Part shown: positions 18,247 to 25,289 of the stretch, piece by piece
How the letters are laid out: each line of letters begins with the position of its first letter
How positions within the stretch are numbered: position 1 is the first letter of the stretch
Assembly: GCA_002785325.1 (NCBI GenBank)
Contig: PFMH01000047.1
Span: forward strand, 1-47,675
From: a bacterium (Candidatus Howlettbacteria) CG_4_10_14_0_8_um_filter_40_9
Lineage (GTDB): Bacteria; Patescibacteriota; CPR2; UBA1875; GCA-2785325
Reading direction: 5' to 3'
Length of the DNA: 47,675 bases
Notes under the pieces: model-generated
Databases searched by the model: none
Told to the model about the DNA's origin: nothing
Seen by the model: only the letters and a program-made list of their open reading frames with translations
Program-made: the position numbers and the translations under genes

Positions 18247-18352
18247 TGTCATTCCCGAGTAGCACGTTTTACATCGCGGAGGCGGGAATCCAGTCTCTTA
18301 TTTGTCATTCTGACCCAGTTTACCCTGAGCAAAGTCGAAGGGGAGGAATCCC
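18247..18352. repeat. Two tandem GC-rich palindromic elements (TGTCATTC...GGAATCC type)
   Basis: 18247-18293: ATTCCCG pairs with CGGGAAT. 18303-18352: TGTCATTCTGAC...GAGGAATCCC. Related copies at 932-985, 19415-19442 and, inverted, 21870-21897. Confidence 0.75.
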
Positions 18353-18379
18353 TTTCCTAAATCATATCTCAAATTATCC

Positions 18380-18407
18380 AAAAACGGCTTCATCTGAAGC
18401 CGTTTTT
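18380..18407 (+). terminator. Rho-independent terminator closing the ribosomal cluster
   Basis: AAAAACGGCTTC / GAAGCCGTTTTT, a perfect stem with a 4-nt loop and a T-run. TGTGTTAAGAT (extended -10) follows directly. Confidence 0.85.
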
Positions 18408-18448
18408 GTGTTAAGATTGCGATAGATTTTTTCGGTGATTGTGCGCAG

Positions 18449-19033
18449 TTGAATAAAAAAGATATGGAAGTAAGAAAAAAAATATTTATAAATAAATTAC
18501 ACTTATTTGGTCCAACTATTCGTAGTCTGAATGAGGCAGAGATAGACTGGATGTTAGCAGGAAGCGGTTGCCTTTATCTTTTGGGGAACGATAGGATTCC
18601 TGACGATGCTGATATTTTCTTAAAAGACAATATTCATGATGCGGCTGACGAACTTTTCAAAATTAAATCTTTCATATATAAGTCCGATGTTGAGTCGGTA
18701 AGGAATTCAAATCCAGAAGGTAGTCACGATATGCAGCTCACAAGCCATTTAAAGATTAATGTTGGAGGCAAAGAGTACGGTCTCAGTATCACTGATGAGA
18801 TGATGAAGAAAAGAATAAAGACAGAAATCGATGGCGAGCCAGTTTGGCTACTTGCGCCAGAAGATGTACTGATCGTAAAGGCACTTTTGCAAAGGGGATC
18901 AGAGGTTGGAAAGAGCGATCTTGAGGACATCCAAAATTTTATGAAAATCTATCCAAATATAGACAAAGATTATATCAGGTCTAGAATTACCAGTTTAGGA
19001 GCTAATCAAAGAATCGGCGAGATATTCTTTTAA
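18449..19033 (+). CDS. Putative nucleotidyltransferase (Pol-beta fold superfamily)
   Basis: AGSGCLYLLGNDRIPDDADIF fits the G[SG]-x(n)-D-x-D minimal nucleotidyltransferase motif. TTG start; an alternative ATG is at 18464. Confidence 0.55.
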   Translation: MNKKDMEVRKKIFINKLHLFGPTIRSLNEAEIDWMLAGSGCLYLLGNDRIPDDADIFLKDNIHDAADELFKIKSFIYKSDVESVRNSNPEGSHDMQLTSHLKINVGGKEYGLSITDEMMKKRIKTEIDGEPVWLLAPEDVLIVKALLQRGSEVGKSDLEDIQNFMKIYPNIDKDYIRSRITSLGANQRIGEIFF

Positions 19034-19123
19034 GATTAGATTATTGCGTCTTCAAGCGAAGCCGTTTTTGTGTTAGAATTTTGAAAGGCAGTAGCTTAAG
19101 TATTAAATATCTAAGGAGAAAAA

Positions 19124-19408
19124 ATGAATCAACAACCACAACAAATACAGATCAAAGCAGATGATGCTACGGCAAATGGCGTATATGCCAATATGATGCA
19201 GATAGCGCATACAAAGGAAGAATTCGCGCTAGACTTCATGAACATCATGCCACCCCAAGGAGCTTTGGTATCTCGTATATTCACGAGCCCTGGGCATGCG
19301 AAGAGAATATTAAAAGCTTTAGAAGAAAATATCAAAAATTATGAAAAGCAATTCGGAAACATCGAGGAAGCCGAAGAACCAAAAGGGGGGATAGGGTTTC
19401 AGGGGTAA
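19124..19408 (+). CDS. DUF3467-family protein
   Basis: 94 aa. GVYANMMQIAHTKEEFALDF...SPGHAKRILKALEENIKNYEKQFG resembles the DUF3467 consensus as I recall it. AAGGAG SD upstream. Confidence 0.7.
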   Translation: MNQQPQQIQIKADDATANGVYANMMQIAHTKEEFALDFMNIMPPQGALVSRIFTSPGHAKRILKALEENIKNYEKQFGNIEEAEEPKGGIGFQG

Positions 19409-19455
19409 TATCTCTGTCATTCTCGCCACAGCGGAAATCCAGTCCTTATAACTCT

Positions 19456-19598
19456 TCTTTTCCACTTTTTGGCAGCAAAAACTGGAGGAAAAACTGCCGA
19501 CTAGGCAGATTCTCAAAATGTCACAATCTTCATTCACTCATGTATGGAAAATGACAACAAGCCGATCCCGGAAGTCATCTTTTCAAACTCTCGCTCAT
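19456..19598 (+). repeat. 143-bp dispersed repeat, copy B
   Basis: Gap-free alignment with 991-1133. Like copy A it is followed about 95 nt later by a TGTGCTAAGAT promoter element (19693-19703). Confidence 0.85.
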
Positions 19599-19760
19599 TT
19601 GATTGTTCTTTTTTCGAACTGATAGTCGAGCGGAAACTTAGAAGGAATATTCTGATCTGATATAAATTTTAGAATTTTGTTCTTATTGTTTTTGTGCTAA
19701 GATTTACTTAATCATCTCAATAAAATTATTTAACTTTATTTAACTTTATATCGGAGGGTT

Positions 19761-20783
19761 ATGGACTCATATGGTGAGAAAAATTTAAAAGTTATATTTG
19801 CACTGTTCTTTTTCTTGGTATTTTCAGGAACAGTCGGTTTTGTCTACCTTAGAGATTTAAGCCCTTGGGTAGCTTTTTATGAGACTCTCCATCTGATGCT
19901 CTCTCATTTTTATGATACAGCTGGTGAAAAAGAGGAGTTTTTGCTCCAACTTACTAACTTGATGCTTATCTCCGGAAGCCTTATAATAGTGGTATACGTT
20001 TTCAAATGGTTCGGTGATTATTTTTTCGGTGGACAGTTAAAAGAAAATTTAAAAAGAAAAAAGATGGATATGAACATATCAAAACTGGAAGACCACTTCA
20101 TAGTCTGCGGATACGGAAGGGTCGGGAGACAGATAGCCGAAGAGCTTCATAATGAGGGAGTTTCTTTTGTAGTTTTGGACAGGAGTAAACCGGATATACA
20201 AGAAGCGGAGAAGAAGGGTTACCTCTGGATAGAAGGGGACTCGACAGATGAAGATGTACTTATAAAAGCTAATATAAAAAAAGCACAGGGTTTGGTAGCC
20301 GCTCTGGGGACTGACTCTGATAATCTTTTTGTTACTTTGGCAGCCAGAAGCGACAATGAAGATCTTTTTATAGTAGCGAGAGCATCGAGGGAAGAGAATG
20401 TTTCAAAGCTTGAAAAGGCGGGAGCGGACAGAGTGGCGCTTCCTTATCAGATAGGCGGATATCATATGGCGACTATGGTGATGAAGCCGGCGGTAGTCGA
20501 TTTCCTTGACGTTTTGGTTGATGGAAAACATGATGAACTTCAGGTGGAGGAAATCGTAGTACCTGTAGATAGCCAACTATGCGGAAAATCTTTAGGGAAT
20601 GCATTATCCAGAAAAAAAACCGGTTCGACTATCCTTGCTATCAATAAAGCAAATGGTGGCTCGAAGGTCAATCCTTCGGGCGAGGAGATATTGCAAGCGA
20701 ATGATAAACTGATAATATTGGGTACCAAAGACAAGCTAGAAAAAATATCTGACGCCGTCATTTGCGAAACAGAAAAAGTATGA
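19761..20783 (+). CDS. RCK (TrkA-N/TrkA-C) domain channel-like membrane protein
   Basis: FIVCGYGRVGRQIAEEL Rossmann-type RCK motif after two N-terminal TM helices. GGAGGG SD upstream. No canonical TVGYG filter. Confidence 0.8.
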   Translation: MDSYGEKNLKVIFALFFFLVFSGTVGFVYLRDLSPWVAFYETLHLMLSHFYDTAGEKEEFLLQLTNLMLISGSLIIVVYVFKWFGDYFFGGQLKENLKRKKMDMNISKLEDHFIVCGYGRVGRQIAEELHNEGVSFVVLDRSKPDIQEAEKKGYLWIEGDSTDEDVLIKANIKKAQGLVAALGTDSDNLFVTLAARSDNEDLFIVARASREENVSKLEKAGADRVALPYQIGGYHMATMVMKPAVVDFLDVLVDGKHDELQVEEIVVPVDSQLCGKSLGNALSRKKTGSTILAINKANGGSKVNPSGEEILQANDKLIILGTKDKLEKISDAVICETEKV

Positions 20784-21688
20784 GGTTTATAGTTTCAAAG
20801 GGGAAAGTTAGGATTGATAAATTCTTAAGTTCTAAAATATTGGATAAATCCAGATCGTTCCTTCAAAAGATTATTCGCGAAGGAAAGGTTCATGTTGGCG
20901 GATTGGTAGTCGGTCAGGGCTATGTGGTGAAGTCAAAAGACGTTATAAGTATCGATCTAAAAGATGAAGGAGCCTCGATACTTAAAAAAGAAAATCTAAA
21001 ACTCCGAATAATTTTTGAAGACAAGGACATCATAGTTTTAGAAAAGCCATTGGGGATAGCGGTCCATCCTGCAGAAGGAAAAAACTCAGGTACTCTGGTG
21101 AATGCTCTTTTAGATAAGCTAGACATCGAGATAAAAAATAAAAGACCTGGGATAGTCCATAGGTTAGACAAGGACACGACAGGTCTTTTAGTGATCGCGA
21201 AAAATGAAAAGTCTTTGGTGAATCTGCAAAAACAATTTCAGGATAGAGAAGTTGAAAAGAGATATCTCGTACTGGTTTACGGACATGTTTATCCGAAACA
21301 CGGCGAGATCAATATCCCGATCGGAAAAGGACAGGATAAAACGAAAAGAAAACCAGCTGAAGAAGGAAAAGGATCAGTTACAAAGTTTGAGGTCATAGAA
21401 TATATCAAACATGACGGAGCAGAGTATACCTTAGCGGAAGCGTCGCTCATAACCGGCAGAACGCATCAGATAAGGGTACATTTTAAGTCGATAGGGTTTC
21501 CGGTAGTGGGGGATAAAGACTATTCTTTGAAAAAATACATGGCGTTGGATGAAAAACTCGGTCTGGATAGGCAGTTTTTGCACGCTTATAAGCTCGGTTT
21601 TCATCATCCAAAAACAGGTAAATGGGTCGGTTTTGTAAGTGATCTTCCTCAAGATCTAAATGATGTTCTAAAATATCTTAAGAGTTAA
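20780..21688 (+). CDS. rluD: RluA-family 23S rRNA pseudouridine synthase (RluD-like, N-terminal S4 domain)
   Basis: HRLDKDTTGLLVIAK catalytic motif and TGRTHQIRVH. The ATG forms an ATGA overlap with the upstream stop. The ORF track begins 18 nt earlier at a TTG. Confidence 0.88.
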   Translation: MRFIVSKGKVRIDKFLSSKILDKSRSFLQKIIREGKVHVGGLVVGQGYVVKSKDVISIDLKDEGASILKKENLKLRIIFEDKDIIVLEKPLGIAVHPAEGKNSGTLVNALLDKLDIEIKNKRPGIVHRLDKDTTGLLVIAKNEKSLVNLQKQFQDREVEKRYLVLVYGHVYPKHGEINIPIGKGQDKTKRKPAEEGKGSVTKFEVIEYIKHDGAEYTLAEASLITGRTHQIRVHFKSIGFPVVGDKDYSLKKYMALDEKLGLDRQFLHAYKLGFHHPKTGKWVGFVSDLPQDLNDVLKYLKS

Positions 21689-21697
21689 ATCTATTTA

Positions 21698-21897
21698 TTC
21701 CACTTTTTGGCAGCCCTTCTACGCTCACCGAGCTACACAGGGTAGACGCCAACTGGAGGAAAAACTGCCCCTTCGACTACGCTCAGGGCAAGCTACGCTA
21801 CAATTTTATAGTTTACCCCGCAGAGCAATCAGAATAGAATCCCAATATTTTAGTAATAAGCAATACTTTCTGGATTCCCGCTGATGCGAGAATGACA
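21698..21897. repeat. Mosaic of nested repeats
   Basis: A partial copy of the 143-bp repeat, split by a 36-nt GC-rich insert (21715-21750). It is followed by CCTTCGACTACGCTCAGGGCAAG, GTTTACCCCGCAGAGCAA...GAATCC, and an inverted TGTCATTCTCGC...GGGAATCCAG element. Confidence 0.75.
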
Positions 21898-21971
21898 GGC
21901 GGAGCGGGGCTATTGTCGGTACTATGGAAGATAATCTTCATTTCAGATCATTTTTCTGTTATAATTCAGGC

Positions 21972-22907
21972 ATGTTTACGGGAATAGTGGGGCACAAAAG
22001 GGCTGTCGGGCTTTTAGAAAATGATTTGAAAAGCGGATCTATATCCCACGCTTATATATTTTCAGGGCCGTCGAATGTGGGAAAATCTACTGTGGCTTTG
22101 AGATTTGCGCGAAATGCTATCTGCGGTTGCGGAGATTGCAACGAATGTACTCTTGCAGAAAAAGGATCTCAACCGGATATTTTGATATTTGGCGGAAGTG
22201 AAAGTCTAAAGATCGAAGAATCAAAGGAGATACAAAAGTTTTTAGGTCTAAAACCGCATCAAGCAAAGAGAAAGATCGTTATCATTTCTGACGTGGAAAG
22301 GATGACGAGGGAAGCGGCAAATAGTCTTTTAAAGATTCTTGAAGAGCCGAGCGGAAATTCTGTCATTATTCTCACCGCCAAAAACAAGCAAAATATCCTC
22401 GAAACTATCGTTTCCAGATGCAGGGCAGTGAACTTTACTTTAGTTTCTGACAGCGACATATTGGAGTGGTCCAAATCTAAAGATATCGATTTTTCAGCCA
22501 ATGATTGTTTTTTCTTTGGCAAACCGGGTCTTTTTATGGGTAATACTAGCAAGGAAGAACCAGAGGAATCAAGACAGGAGATTATAGATATGTTGCCGAC
22601 TTTTTTTAAGAAAGGGAACTATAAAAAGAAGTTTGATTTGGCAAAGGGGATAGCAGATTCGCCAAACATCATTTTTATGCTTGAGATCTTCTCATTTATT
22701 TTTAGGGACATGATGCTCTTTAACAGTGGATTTAAGAGTGCAGGCAATATAAAATATATGGATGCGGAGAAGTATAGTCGTTTCTATACGGTTAAAAAAT
22801 TAGAAGAAATACTAGTGATGATAGAAAAGATAAAGGAAAGTATAACAAAGGGTATAAACACAAAAGTTTTTTTGGAAGTGCTCATTTTAAAAATGGAAGG
22901 AATATAA
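21972..22907 (+). CDS. holB: DNA polymerase III subunit delta'
   Basis: MFTGIVGHKRAVGLLENDL...HAYIFSGPSNVGKST, a Cys cluster, and SRC motif (VSRCRAV). The ORF track offers an upstream ATG at 21924. Confidence 0.82.
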   Translation: MFTGIVGHKRAVGLLENDLKSGSISHAYIFSGPSNVGKSTVALRFARNAICGCGDCNECTLAEKGSQPDILIFGGSESLKIEESKEIQKFLGLKPHQAKRKIVIISDVERMTREAANSLLKILEEPSGNSVIILTAKNKQNILETIVSRCRAVNFTLVSDSDILEWSKSKDIDFSANDCFFFGKPGLFMGNTSKEEPEESRQEIIDMLPTFFKKGNYKKKFDLAKGIADSPNIIFMLEIFSFIFRDMMLFNSGFKSAGNIKYMDAEKYSRFYTVKKLEEILVMIEKIKESITKGINTKVFLEVLILKMEGI

Positions 22908-23555
22908 ATGGTAAAAGTAGCAGGAGTACAATTCATCTCGGGTCTTAAGGTTTACGATTTTAAGATGTTGGATGACGTGAAGATAAGGGATTATGTTCTT
23001 GTGGAAACCGTTCAGGGGGAGGAGATCGGTAAAGTTGTTTATATCAACAAAGAGTTTGAGGAAAAAGATCTCAGATCTCCACTGAAAGAGATAAAAAAGA
23101 TTTTGACCGAAGAGGATAGGCATAATCTAAAGGAATATAGGAAAAAGGGACAAGAAATTATGCCTCAATTTGTCGAGAAGATAGAGAAGTACGGTTTGAA
23201 GATGAGTCCAGTTATGCTCGACTACAGTTTGGATGGAGAAACTATCATCCTTTATTTTACAGCTGACGGTAGAGTGGATTTTCGAAGCTTAGTAAGAGAT
23301 CTGGCTAGAACTTTTAGAAAACAGGTAAAGCTCCGACAAGTCGGTTCACGTGATGAGGCGAAAATATACGGCGGTTTTGGGATGTGCGGGAGGCCGATCT
23401 GTTGCAGATCATTTATCGTCAGCACTGAATCTATAACAATGGATATGGCAAGAGGACAATACAAGTCTGGCATAAGCGCAAATAAAGTTTCTGGGCTTTG
23501 CGGCAGACTTATGTGCTGTTTGTCATTTGAACCGGGAAATAAGAAAAAGAAATGA
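22908..23555 (+). CDS. ricT: PSP1 domain protein (RicT/YaaT-like)
   Basis: C-terminal CGRPICCRSF...CGRLMCCLSFE is typical of PSP1/YaaT. It follows holB, as in Bacillus. Confidence 0.8.
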   Translation: MVKVAGVQFISGLKVYDFKMLDDVKIRDYVLVETVQGEEIGKVVYINKEFEEKDLRSPLKEIKKILTEEDRHNLKEYRKKGQEIMPQFVEKIEKYGLKMSPVMLDYSLDGETIILYFTADGRVDFRSLVRDLARTFRKQVKLRQVGSRDEAKIYGGFGMCGRPICCRSFIVSTESITMDMARGQYKSGISANKVSGLCGRLMCCLSFEPGNKKKK

Positions 23556-24241
23556 TAGAAATAATTTTGATTTTCGGTTTGGCAGCAGTGCTTTATAAAC
23601 TCCTAGGAAGCACAAAAAAAACAGAGGAAAAACTGTCTGATATAGTTGTGGAAGATGAAAATGACAAGACAGAAAACGAGAAGGAAAAAGTAGGTAGTTT
23701 TGACGGTTATCTCGGGAAGGCAAACCGACTTTTCGGTGCCGGCGCATACAGAAACGCTGAAAAGATGTTTATAGAGGCGATAAAGATAAATCATGGAGAC
23801 TTTAGAGCATATAAAGGATTATCAAAAATATATCTAAAACAAGAAAATGATGAAGACGCCATAGCTTCTTTGGAAAAAGTATGCCAGCTAAATCCGGACG
23901 ATGATGTTTCTCATAACAATCTTGGACTTTTGTATTTCAAACAGAAAGATTTCTATAAGGCAAAAGGCGCTTATGAAAAGGCAATAGCTTTGGATAAAAC
24001 CAAATACACCAGGCATATAAACCTAGCTCTTACGCTAAAAGAGATGGGGGATTTGGAAAAAGCCACTAGTGTTTTAGAGGGTTGTCAAAAGATAGAAATG
24101 AAGAAAGATGCTTTACTGATGCTTATAGAAATTTCGTCAAAACTAGGTGATGAAAAAAGAAAGTTGGAAACCTATAAGAAGCTTCTTTCGATAGATCCTG
24201 ATAATAAAGAGGCGAAAAGGGAATTGGCGAGGGCAGAGTAA
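23552..24241 (+). CDS. Membrane-anchored TPR repeat protein
   Basis: N-terminal TM helix, then TPR-like repeats (AYKGLSKIYLKQENDEDAIASLEKVCQLNPDD...). Confidence 0.75.
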   Translation: MIEIILIFGLAAVLYKLLGSTKKTEEKLSDIVVEDENDKTENEKEKVGSFDGYLGKANRLFGAGAYRNAEKMFIEAIKINHGDFRAYKGLSKIYLKQENDEDAIASLEKVCQLNPDDDVSHNNLGLLYFKQKDFYKAKGAYEKAIALDKTKYTRHINLALTLKEMGDLEKATSVLEGCQKIEMKKDALLMLIEISSKLGDEKRKLETYKKLLSIDPDNKEAKRELARAE

Positions 24242-24277
24242 TTATCTAAGAGCTAATAGCGAATAGTTACGCGTGGA

Positions 24278-24306
24278 TTGACTGTAGATAAGATTTTAAG
24301 TATAAT
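24278..24306 (+). promoter_or_regulatory. Strong sigma70-type promoter of the tRNA cluster
   Basis: TTGACT, 17-nt spacer, TATAAT. Confidence 0.7.
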
Positions 24307-24364
24307 GTTATCGTCCCGTGAAGGCGGGATTGGTTTTGTTTAGAGCCTGATTTTCCGAAAATTT

Positions 24365-24439
24365 GCCACCTTAGCTCAGCGGTAGAGCAACTGTTTTGTA
24401 AACAGTAGGTCGTCGGTTCGAATCCGACAGGTGGCTCCA
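24365..24439 (+). tRNA. tRNA-Thr (anticodon UGU), CCA encoded
   Basis: Hand-folded cloverleaf. Acceptor GCCACCT/AGGTGGC, anticodon arm ACTGT-TTTGTAA-ACAGT, T arm GTCGG-TTCGAAT-CCGAC. Confidence 0.93.
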
Positions 24440-24450
24440 GAGAAAAGCAC

Positions 24451-24537
24451 GGATGGGTACCGAAGCGGCCAAACGGGGCAGACTGTAAATCTGCTGGCTT
24501 TATGCCTTCGGGGGTTCGAATCCCTCCCCATCCACCA
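24451..24537 (+). tRNA. tRNA-Tyr (anticodon GUA), long variable arm, CCA encoded
   Basis: Acceptor GGATGGG/CCCATCC, anticodon arm GCAGA-CTGTAAA-TCTGC, long variable arm, T loop TTCGAAT. Confidence 0.92.
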
Positions 24538-24710
24538 AAGCTAGGTTCTGATCTTCTGGATCAGGTTCTGGCTTTGGGAGAGTGGAGGGTAAGAACCCCC
24601 GACTCCCGTTACGCCTTCGGGCAACGCGGTGAGAATCTTTACCCGCCTGTAGCGAAGCAAAGGAGGGCCTCCCCATCCATAAAATTGAAAAAGATGGTCG
24701 AAAAGGATGT
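24538..24710 (+). ncRNA. GC-rich structured segment of unknown identity between tRNA-Tyr and tRNA-Thr
   Basis: Local GC is well above the surrounding sequence. Hairpins: CTGATC-ttctg-GATCAG (24548-24564); CGTT(ac)GCC-TTCG-GGCAACG (24607-24626); GCGGTGAG-aatc-TTTA(c)CCGC (24626-24646). The 11 nt CTCCCCATCCA are identical to the tRNA-Tyr 3' acceptor. Confidence 0.3.
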
Positions 24711-24786
24711 GCCGACATAGCTCAGCTGGCAGAGCGCATCCATGGTAAGGATGAGGTCCGCGGTTCGAATCCGCGTGTCGGCTCCA
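24711..24786 (+). tRNA. tRNA-Thr (anticodon GGU), CCA encoded
   Basis: Acceptor GCCGACA/TGTCGGC, anticodon arm CATCC-ATGGTAA-GGATG, T arm CGCGG-TTCGAAT-CCGCG. Confidence 0.92.
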
Positions 24787-24829
24787 GAAAAGTATTAAAT
24801 TTATAAGTATAATCGGAAAGGATTAGATC

Positions 24830-24994
24830 ATGGCAAAAAAAGGAGCAAGACAACTGATTACTCTAGCATGTACAAAATGCAAAGAGAGAAATTACACGAC
24901 TACAAAAAATGTAAAGAACACTACAGACAAGGTGGAACTGAAAAAGTTTTGTAAAAGAGACAGAGCGGTAGTTGCACACAAAGAAACAAAATAG
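24830..24994 (+). CDS. rpmG: 50S ribosomal protein L33 (not in the supplied ORF track)
   Basis: Hand translation gives [54 protein letters not shown] then stop. GGAAAGGA SD upstream. Confidence 0.92.
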   Translation: MAKKGARQLITLACTKCKERNYTTTKNVKNTTDKVELKKFCKRDRAVVAHKETK

Positions 24995-25029
24995 TCGACT
25001 AGCTAACCGGACACCCGATTAGCTAACCT

Positions 25030-25210
25030 AGGGGTGTAGTTAAATGGTATAACGAGGGTCTCCCCGCCTGACTGAATAGGGGTATAGTTCAATGGTAGAA
25101 CGACGGTCTCCAAAACCGTTAATCCGGGTTCAAATCCTGGTACCCCTGCCAAAAGTCATATCGGGCAGGCAAAACCTTACTTAAGGGTTCGATCCCTGCC
25201 ACCCCTGCCA
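25030..25210 (+). pseudogene. tRNA-Trp(CCA)-like gene interrupted in its anticodon loop by a 107-nt insert that contains an intact tRNA-Trp
   Basis: 5' part 25030-25063: AGGGGTG TA GTTA AATGGTA TAAC G AGGGT CTCC. 3' part 25171-25210: AAA ACCTT ACTT AAGGG TTCGATC CCTGC CACCCCT G CCA. Joined they give a 74-nt cloverleaf with a perfect 7-bp acceptor and a CTCCAAA loop. The T stem has only 3 pairs. Confidence 0.5.
25078..25151 (+). tRNA. tRNA-Trp (anticodon CCA), CCA encoded
   Basis: Acceptor AGGGGTA/TACCCCT, anticodon arm ACGGT-CTCCAAA-ACCGT, T arm CCGGG-TTCAAAT-CCTGG. Confidence 0.93.
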
Positions 25211-25289
25211 GATTGAGTGCCAGTGCACACCACTGGTGATCGAGGTGCCTACGACAGTTCGGAATATATACAGATATAATGAACAAGTT

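Noticed and set aside
24538-24710. Identification of the GC-rich segment as SRP (4.5S) RNA, tmRNA, RNase P RNA or tRNA-Gly
   Set aside because: No helix-8 SRP motifs (GGAA loop with AGCA/CAGG internal loops). No T loop or cloverleaf can be drawn. It is too short for tmRNA or RNase P RNA. It is kept only as an unassigned RNA candidate.
24500-24720. Two mirror 72-aa ORFs (+ and -) across the tRNA-Tyr 3' end and the GC-rich segment
   Set aside because: They overlap a bona fide tRNA and exist on both strands only because the region is GC-rich and free of stop codons. This is typical of structured RNA, not coding sequence.
25064-25170. Group I intron in the outer tRNA-Trp
   Set aside because: The insert is only 107 nt and 74 of those are a canonical tRNA. 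There is no room for the P3-P8 catalytic core.
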